Shown here in pieces: positions 57,515 to 64,000 of a stretch of DNA of 64,000 nucleotides (the first letter of the stretch is position 1; each line of letters starts with the position of its first letter). Origin of the DNA: Rhodospirillales bacterium (GTDB taxonomy: Bacteria > Pseudomonadota > Alphaproteobacteria > Rhodospirillales > Casp-alpha2); assembly GCA_965216765.1 (NCBI GenBank), contig OZ244199.1:2310357-2374356 (forward strand). Direction: 5' to 3'. The translations under genes and the position numbers were made by a program. A model generated the notes under the pieces. The model had not been told where the DNA came from. It saw nothing but the letters and a program-made list of their open reading frames with translations, and made no database searches.

Positions 57515-59086
57515 CTATCCGCGTTGCGCGATTCGCCTGCGCAAGGCCGGCAGGACGCCGACAAGCAAACCGGCGGCGATCAACAGAAAGGCCGGCCAAT
57601 GGCCCAGCAAGGCGAAAGGCGTGCGCGCCACCGCTACTGGTAACGGCGCATCGACGATACCCTGCTCGCCCAGGCCGAGACTGTTGCGGACACGCCCATA
57701 GGCATCGATGACGGCCGAGATCCCCGAGTTCGCCGCGCGGACGACAGGAAGTCCCTCTTCGATGGCCCTAAGACGCGCCTGAACCAAATGCTGCCGAGGC
57801 CCTGTCGACGCACCGAACCAGCCATCGTTGGTAATGTTCAGAATCCACTCTGGACGGTCAGCCTGATCGATCACATCGTTGGCAAAAATGATCTCATAGC
57901 AGATCACCGGCGAGAACGGCGGCAACCCGTCGACTTTCACTGTCCGTGGACCCGGACCCGGGGAGAAATCGCCACGGCTCTCGACAAGCTTGCCAAACGG
58001 CAGAAGCCACCTCAGCGGCACGTATTCGCCGAACGGCACCAGGTGGAATTTGTCGAAGGTGGCATTGATGTCACCCTGACCATCAATGACGAACAGGCTG
58101 TTGAAGACTTCACCTTTGTCCGACCGCCTTGGAGCGCCGAAAATCAAATGGCCATCTTTAGGGACGGCTGCCGCCAATGACGAAATGATGTCCGGCTCGG
58201 GCCCCAGCAGGAAGGGAACGTTCGTTTCTGCCCAGATCACGTGCGTCGGCGTCCCAGCCGGTCCGGGGCGGCGTTTGCTCATCGCCATCTGCCGGATGAC
58301 ATGCCCCTGCCGAAGTTCGGGGCGCCACTTGTCTGCCTGCGGGATCGACGGCTGGACGATCCGCAAATTGATGTCCGGCCGTGTGACCGTGTCGGCGCCC
58401 GCCAAACGCAACCAGCCACCGACCCAAAGGAGCGGCACCAAAGCCAAGGCGGCCATGACGAACGCCTTGGTGGGACGGCGCGAGTCTTTTGATTGCGCCA
58501 ACAACACAACAGGTGCGGCGAAGCTGAACGCCGTGATGAAACTCAGACCAAGCGCCCCCAACAATGCCGCGCCTTGCAGCATTTCACCAGAGAACGCCCA
58601 TATGCTGGATAGCGGATTCCACGGAAAACCCGTCAACAGCCAGCCCCGCAGCCACTCCGCAAGCGTCCATAAAGATGCGAACGACGTCACCACGCCCCAT
58701 GCCGGCAAGCTATAGCGTTTCGTTAAATGCCAAAGTGCTGCCGCCACCAAAGCTAGATAGATCGCCATCCCCACCGCCATGCCGATGACGGCGATCGGCG
58801 CCAAAAAGCCGTACCTCTCGGCATCGACCAAGAATGCATTGGCGATCCAATATAGCCCGAAAGCAAACCAACCGACGCCGAACAGCCAGCCGATCAACGC
58901 TGCCTGGCGCCAGGACGTTGCCGACACGATCAGCAGACACAGACCGGCAAGGCCGGGCCAGAGCAACGGCAAGATATAGAATGGCGGTAAGGCGAGCGCA
59001 CTTAGGAAGCCGAGAACAGCAGCAGCGGCACAACGGCGCCACGGCCGGGCATCGAGTGCCGCAGGCACCTTGAACAGTCCCGTCAT
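57515..59086 (-). CDS. lnt: Apolipoprotein N-acyltransferase
   Basis: LTGFPWN, VIWAET, DKFHLVPFGEYVP, ICYEIIF, NITNDGWFG, VVRAANSGIS. Confidence 0.96.
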   Translation of the reverse strand: MTGLFKVPAALDARPWRRCAAAAVLGFLSALALPPFYILPLLWPGLAGLCLLIVSATSWRQAALIGWLFGVGWFAFGLYWIANAFLVDAERYGFLAPIAVIGMAVGMAIYLALVAAALWHLTKRYSLPAWGVVTSFASLWTLAEWLRGWLLTGFPWNPLSSIWAFSGEMLQGAALLGALGLSFITAFSFAAPVVLLAQSKDSRRPTKAFVMAALALVPLLWVGGWLRLAGADTVTRPDINLRIVQPSIPQADKWRPELRQGHVIRQMAMSKRRPGPAGTPTHVIWAETNVPFLLGPEPDIISSLAAAVPKDGHLIFGAPRRSDKGEVFNSLFVIDGQGDINATFDKFHLVPFGEYVPLRWLLPFGKLVESRGDFSPGPGPRTVKVDGLPPFSPVICYEIIFANDVIDQADRPEWILNITNDGWFGASTGPRQHLVQARLRAIEEGLPVVRAANSGISAVIDAYGRVRNSLGLGEQGIVDAPLPVAVARTPFALLGHWPAFLLIAAGLLVGVLPALRRRIAQRG

Positions 59087-60021
59087 ACGGCGGTTTCTGA
59101 TTCCGACGGCTCGGCCGAGTTGCGCCTGACACGCACGCGATGGACGCGGCGGGGGTCCGCGTCGAGGATTTCAAACTCGACGCCGCCTTCATGCGAAATG
59201 ATCTCGCCCCGAATCGGCACCCGGCCCGCCGTCGCAAAAACGAGACCACCGAGGGTGTCGATATCCTCGCGCTCGTCGTCCGTCGCGATGGGCCCCATGC
59301 TGTCTTCCAACGTTTCGATCTCGACGCGGGCGTCTGCCACCCACGATCCATCTCGTTTAGCTTCCAGTTTGGGGTCTTCAGTGGTGTCATGCTCGTCGTC
59401 GATTTCACCGACGATTTCCTCGACCAAATCTTCGATGGTCACCAATCCATCAACGCCGCCGAACTCATCGACCACCAACGCCATGTGCGAGCGTTTCACC
59501 CGCATCTCCAGCAGCAGTTCCAGAACGCGCATCGACGGTGCGACGAACAACAGTTTGCGTTGGACGCTGGAGACCTTGAACGCATCGTCCTTGCCTCGCC
59601 AGCCCAGAACATCCTTGATGTGCACCATGCCTTGCGCGTCGTCCAAGGTGTCGCGATAGACGGGCAAACGCGAATGCCCGCCCCGCATGGCAATTTCGAT
59701 CACATCGGACAGCGACGCGGACGCGGGAATGGCGACGATATCGGCGCGTGGCACCATGACGTCATAAATGGTCAGGTTTCGGAGCGCCAAGATGTTCGCA
59801 ACAAGCAGCCGCTCATCCGGATCAAGGGGGAGCTCGCTCTCTTCGCGCTCTTCAATGAGTTCTTCCAACGTATCCCGCGCCGAACCGTTGGTTCCCGAAA
59901 ACCGCCGGACGCCGCGCGCCAAAGAGCGAAACCATTCTGACATGCCGCCGCGTCCGTTGTCTTGGCCAGACTCGGCGGCGTTGCTACTCGGAGGTTCTCC
60001 GTTTCGGGTTGATCCGCTCAT
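59083..60021 (-). CDS. corC: CBS/CorC-HlyC transporter-associated protein
   Basis: VMVPRADI, GHSRLPVY, ALVVDEFGGVDGLVTIEDLVEEIVGEIDDEHD. Confidence 0.88.
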   Translation of the reverse strand: MSGSTRNGEPPSSNAAESGQDNGRGGMSEWFRSLARGVRRFSGTNGSARDTLEELIEEREESELPLDPDERLLVANILALRNLTIYDVMVPRADIVAIPASASLSDVIEIAMRGGHSRLPVYRDTLDDAQGMVHIKDVLGWRGKDDAFKVSSVQRKLLFVAPSMRVLELLLEMRVKRSHMALVVDEFGGVDGLVTIEDLVEEIVGEIDDEHDTTEDPKLEAKRDGSWVADARVEIETLEDSMGPIATDDEREDIDTLGGLVFATAGRVPIRGEIISHEGGVEFEILDADPRRVHRVRVRRNSAEPSESETAV

Positions 60022-60569
60022 TCTTCCATTCCGTTGACTACGCTGTCCGCATAGGGATCGGCGATCCTAAGACCTTTCAAGATCTCGGTTTCGAGCCGTT
60101 CCATGCGCTCGGCCTCTTCCGCAACTTCATGGTCGAAGCCAAGTAGGTGCAACGCACCATGTACCAGAAGATGGGTGAAATGGGCCTCTATTGGCAAGTC
60201 CTGCGTTTCCGCCTCGCGCCGCAGCGTCTCAAAAGCAACCGAGATATCGCCAACGGCCAAGGCCTGACCGGGAAAATTCGGCAGTTCGCCACCATCCAAA
60301 GCCGGAAACGACAATACGTTCGTCGGCGCGTCCTTGCCGCGAAAGTTCCGATTCAGGGTTTGCTGGCGTGCATCGGTCGTCAGCAGCACCGAGACCTCCA
60401 AGGCATCTGGGAGATCGACCGTCGCGCGCGCGGCACCTATGGCGGCGGAAATAGCCTGCTCCGCACGGGACTGCAGACCATCGATGGCGCCAGCCCATAA
60501 ATCGCTGTCCACGTCGATATCGATGGTCAGGTCTCCCGCGGCACCCGATAAGGCGGTCTCAGCCTGCAT
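60018..60569 (-). CDS. ybeY: rRNA maturation endonuclease YbeY
   Basis: LNRNFRGKDAPTNVLSFP, HLLVHGALHLLGFDH; start approximate. Confidence 0.95.
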   Translation of the reverse strand: MQAETALSGAAGDLTIDIDVDSDLWAGAIDGLQSRAEQAISAAIGAARATVDLPDALEVSVLLTTDARQQTLNRNFRGKDAPTNVLSFPALDGGELPNFPGQALAVGDISVAFETLRREAETQDLPIEAHFTHLLVHGALHLLGFDHEVAEEAERMERLETEILKGLRIADPYADSVVNGMEE

Positions 60570-61608
60570 CTTCTCCGCTGTCATCCTGATCATCGGTTTG
60601 GTACTCCGCACCGGCGCCGCGACGGTCTTCCAAGCCACGGTAGGCATGAACGATTTTCGCGACCAAGGGGTGGCGGACGACATCGCTGTCAACGAAGCGG
60701 ATAAAGCGGATGTCTTCGACCTGGGACAGCGCTTCGCGCGCATCGCGTAACCCGGAGCGCGTGCCGCGCGGCAAATCAACCTGGCTCAAATCGCCGGTAA
60801 TCACCATGCGCGAATTTTCGCCGAGACGGGTCAGAAACATCTTCATCTGCACCGCGGTGGTATTCTGCGCCTCGTCCAAAATAACGAAGGCATTGGCTAG
60901 CGTGCGGCCCCGCATAAAAGCGAGCGGCGCGACTTCGATTTCGCCGCTTTCCAGGCGTTTCTGCACCTGTTGGCCGGGCATCATATCGTGCAGGGCGTCA
61001 TAAAGCGGGCGTAAATACGGATCGACTTTTTCGCGCATGTCGCCAGGCAGGAAGCCGAGCTGCTCGCCTGCTTCAACGGCCGGACGAGATAGGATAATCC
61101 GTTCCACATCACCACTGACCAGCCGCTCGACGGCCTTGGCCACGGCAAGATAGGTCTTGCCGGTCCCGGCGGGTCCTTCGGCGAACACCAACTCGGACTC
61201 ATCGATCGCTTTCAGATATACCGCCTGCGTCGGTGTCCGGGCACTGACCACCCTGTTCCGGACACTTACCCCGGCTGCGTTCGCCGCCGAGGCTTTCTCA
61301 GGCTCGACGGAAAATCGCAATGCCGCATCGACCTCGGGACGATCCACGTCCTGGCCTTTTTCCAACCGCTCATAGAGCGAGTCCAAGGCGGCACCGGCAC
61401 GGGCCACCTGCTCGGCATCGCCGGCGATGGTCACTTCGTTGCCGCGTGCATGAATGACAACACCGAGAGCGCCCTCGATCTGCGCCAAGTGGCTGTGGTG
61501 CGAGCCGAACAAGGCAAGCGCCAGGCCGTTCTTCGGGAAATTTTTGCGTTTGGTCACCGCATCACTTTTGCGGCCGGACCGGACGGCGTTCCGGGCGGGG
61601 CGGCTCAA
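60559..61608 (-). CDS. phoH: PhoH-family protein
   Basis: [37 protein letters not shown]. Confidence 0.95.
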   Translation of the reverse strand: MSRPARNAVRSGRKSDAVTKRKNFPKNGLALALFGSHHSHLAQIEGALGVVIHARGNEVTIAGDAEQVARAGAALDSLYERLEKGQDVDRPEVDAALRFSVEPEKASAANAAGVSVRNRVVSARTPTQAVYLKAIDESELVFAEGPAGTGKTYLAVAKAVERLVSGDVERIILSRPAVEAGEQLGFLPGDMREKVDPYLRPLYDALHDMMPGQQVQKRLESGEIEVAPLAFMRGRTLANAFVILDEAQNTTAVQMKMFLTRLGENSRMVITGDLSQVDLPRGTRSGLRDAREALSQVEDIRFIRFVDSDVVRHPLVAKIVHAYRGLEDRRGAGAEYQTDDQDDSGEDAG

Positions 61609-62969
61609 GCGACGGCCTCCCGTTTCTGGGTTTCGGCATGTGCTGACAGACTATTCGGTTTCGCGCGATCGATGGTCACCGTAACGATGTCTCCCAAATG
61701 TGATGTGGGTAATTCAGCGTGAACGGCCTGCATATATGGGCTGCGGCCAACGAGTTGGCCCGGACGAGAACCCGACCGGTCGAACAGAACGGGCATCTCT
61801 TGCCCAACGGAGGATTCATTGAAGGCGATCTGTTGTGCGTTCAATTCGTCCTGCAGAATTCTCAAGCGCTCGGACTTCGCTTCTTCCGGTACCTGGCCGT
61901 CCATGTCGGCGGCGGGCGTCCCGGGGCGCGGGCTGTATTTGAATGAATAGGCCTGCACGAAGCCGACCTCGCGAACCAAATCCATGGTCGCCTCGAAATC
62001 TGCATCCGTCTCTCCCGGGAAGCCGACAATAAAGTCCGAAGACAATGCCAGGTCGGGCTGGGCCGCACGCAGACGCCCGACGACGTCCTTGAAATCACCG
62101 GACGTATGGCGGCGGTTCATGGCCTTTAGAATCCGATCCGACCCCGCCTGCACAGGCAAGTGCAGGAACGGCATCAGCTGCGGCACGTCACGATGCGCCG
62201 AGATCAGGTCCTCATCGACCTCGGCGGGATAGGAGGTCGTGTAACGGATTCGATCGAGTCCGTCGATGTCTGCCAGTTCCCTGATCAGCCGCCCCAAAGA
62301 CCATTCACCATCCGTCATCTCGCCATGATAAGCATTGACGTTCTGACCCAAGAGCGTGATCTCGCGCGCGCCTTTGCCCACCAGCAACTTGGCCTCGCGC
62401 AGGACCGGATCGACCGGCCGCGAAAACTCGGCGCCCCGCGTATAAGGCACGACACAGAACGTGCAGAATTTGTCGCAACCTTCCTGCACCGTAAGGAACG
62501 CGGCGCTACCGTCGATCTTGCCGGCGGCGGGCAGGGCATCGAATTTATCTTCCGGCGGAAATTCGGTGTCGACGACGGCGCGGCCGGTTTTTTCATGCTG
62601 GCGCAGCATCAACCCCAACCGATGATAGGTCTGCGGCCCGAACACCAAGTCGACGAAAGGTGCGCGGCGCAGGATTTCTTCGCCTTCCGCCTGCGCGACA
62701 CAACCGCCGACAGCGATCACCATGGGACGGCCGGAAGCTACCCGCTCCTCTTTCTCAAGTCGCAGCCGGCCCAGTTCCGAATATACTTTCTCGGCCGCTT
62801 TCTCGCGGATATGGCAGGTGTTCAAGATGACCAGATCGGATCCGGCCATTCCGTCTGCGGTCTCATAGCCCATGGGTGCCAGGACGTCGCCCATACGTTG
62901 GGCGTCATAGACGTTCATTTGGCAGCCATAGGATTTAATGTGGACAGTCTTAGCCACGTTGTCCCTCAT
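61605..62969 (-). CDS. miaB: tRNA-2-methylthio-N6-dimethylallyladenosine synthase
   Basis: [33 protein letters not shown] domain. Confidence 0.97.
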   Translation of the reverse strand: MRDNVAKTVHIKSYGCQMNVYDAQRMGDVLAPMGYETADGMAGSDLVILNTCHIREKAAEKVYSELGRLRLEKEERVASGRPMVIAVGGCVAQAEGEEILRRAPFVDLVFGPQTYHRLGLMLRQHEKTGRAVVDTEFPPEDKFDALPAAGKIDGSAAFLTVQEGCDKFCTFCVVPYTRGAEFSRPVDPVLREAKLLVGKGAREITLLGQNVNAYHGEMTDGEWSLGRLIRELADIDGLDRIRYTTSYPAEVDEDLISAHRDVPQLMPFLHLPVQAGSDRILKAMNRRHTSGDFKDVVGRLRAAQPDLALSSDFIVGFPGETDADFEATMDLVREVGFVQAYSFKYSPRPGTPAADMDGQVPEEAKSERLRILQDELNAQQIAFNESSVGQEMPVLFDRSGSRPGQLVGRSPYMQAVHAELPTSHLGDIVTVTIDRAKPNSLSAHAETQKREAVA

Positions 62970-63068
62970 GCCGAAATATATCCAGAAGCCGTCCAACCGG
63001 CTTCGAGCGGGCGCAAGATGATGAGCGGCATGGAGCGAGTCAAGCAGCGCTCCTACTCAGCGACCACA

Positions 63069-63497
63069 TCATGCGTCGGCGTCTCCTTCGGCGAGTGGCA
63101 CGCCGTAGAGTTCCAGGCGGTGTCCGACCAGTTTCAGGCCATGCGCCCGGGCGATCTTTTCCTGCAAGCGCTCGATCTCTTCGTTCTGAAACTCGATCAC
63201 CTTGCCGGACTTCACGTTGATCAAATGATCGTGGTGCTCATCGGTCGCCTCTTCATAGCGCGCGCGACCGTCCCCGAAGTCATGTCGCTCGACGATGCCG
63301 GCATCTTCGAACAACCGCATGGTCCGATAGACCGTCGCGATAGAAATACGCGAATCCTGTTCCGATGCCCGCTTGTAGACCTCTTCGACGTCAGGATGAT
63401 CTTCGGCTTCGGAGAGCACTCGAGCGATAACACGACGCTGCTCCGTCATCTTCATCCCGTTGTCGATGCAGAGTTGTTCAATACGTGAAGACGTCAT
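63069..63497 (-). CDS. fur: Ferric uptake regulator (Fur/Mur)
   Basis: MTEQRRVIA, DHPDVEE, SIATVYRT, HHDHLI. Confidence 0.93.
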   Translation of the reverse strand: MTSSRIEQLCIDNGMKMTEQRRVIARVLSEAEDHPDVEEVYKRASEQDSRISIATVYRTMRLFEDAGIVERHDFGDGRARYEEATDEHHDHLINVKSGKVIEFQNEEIERLQEKIARAHGLKLVGHRLELYGVPLAEGDADA

Positions 63498-63567
63498 TTA
63501 TCGCCCCTTCCCAAACCGAAATCAGATGGTACCCGGACGATCACGCCTTGTGAAGAGCGAAGGCGTA

Positions 63568-63990
63568 TTACTTCGTCTTGCGCTTACGCACGGCCGGCTT
63601 GCGGCCGAGGCCGATCTTCTTGGCCAAGGTACTGCGCTTCTTCGCGTAGTTCGGCGCCACCATGGGATAGTCAGCGGGCAGGCCCCAACGTTCGCGGTAC
63701 TGTTCCGGCGACATGTTGTAAGCGGTCTTGAGGTGCCGCTTAAGCATCTTCAACTTCTTGCCATCCTCGAGGCAAATAATGAAGTCCGGGGTCACGGAAC
63801 GCTTAATCGGCACGGCGGGCTTCGGTGTCTCGACCGGTGCCGCGGCGGTACCAAGTCCAGCCAAGGTCGAATATACGTCGCGAATCACTTGCGGAAGATC
63901 GGTTTGGGTAACGGTGTTGTTCGAGGCGTGTGCAGACACAATATCCGCAGTGAGTTCAAGAAGTTCGTTTTGGCTCGGGGTGTCCGTCAT
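63568..63990 (-). CDS. mucR: MucR/Ros zinc-finger transcriptional regulator
   Basis: IICLEDGKKLKMLKRHL, YRERWGLPADYPMVAPNYA. Confidence 0.95.
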   Translation of the reverse strand: MTDTPSQNELLELTADIVSAHASNNTVTQTDLPQVIRDVYSTLAGLGTAAAPVETPKPAVPIKRSVTPDFIICLEDGKKLKMLKRHLKTAYNMSPEQYRERWGLPADYPMVAPNYAKKRSTLAKKIGLGRKPAVRKRKTK

Positions 63991-64000
63991 TAAAATTGAC

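Noticed and set aside
1-64000. CRISPR arrays, IS elements/transposases, rRNA or tRNA genes, reverse transcriptase/DGR
   Set aside because: No regularly spaced repeats, terminal inverted repeats, DDE/HUH or RT motifs, or stable-RNA signatures were seen.

Overview
Alphaproteobacterial chromosome segment, probably Rhodospirillales sensu lato (MucR/Ros, irr-fabA-fabB-fabI, SAM-II riboswitches, lnt-metK-trmB-rimP-nusA-infB-rbfA-truB-rpsO-pnp block). Bases 1-16,137 hold a minus-strand T7/podovirus-type virion gene cluster: small pre-portal protein, portal, Bbp19-like protein, scaffold, major capsid, decoration protein, SleB-type hydrolase, tail fibre, 3TM holin, tail tube A/B, gp14-like internal protein, candidate small terminase and a large terminase cut by the left edge. 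No integrase, repressor, replication or att features are visible, and the cluster abuts ubiA. Two further phage-type genes lie about 12 kb away behind the cobalamin genes (28.5-29.3 kb). This looks like a domesticated, gene-transfer-agent-like (GTA-like) podoviral particle system. It carries two AT-rich cassettes, each encoding a chimeric protein (peptidoglycan-binding module plus a foreign variable domain) next to a candidate envelope immunity gene. A decayed paralogue of one cassette's constant region is also present, the signature of a polymorphic effector locus. Intrinsic terminators punctuate the cluster, suggesting antitermination control. The rest is mostly core genes (ubiA, rsmE, gshA, cob/cbi, tldD, metZ, pabBC, rubrerythrin/Irr, fab, translation genes, metK, lnt, ybeY, phoH, miaB, fur, mucR), plus an ArsR-SRPBCC-ubiquitin-like-beta-propeller operon and a decayed XRE regulator. 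Family assignments come from motif recognition by eye; no database searches were run.
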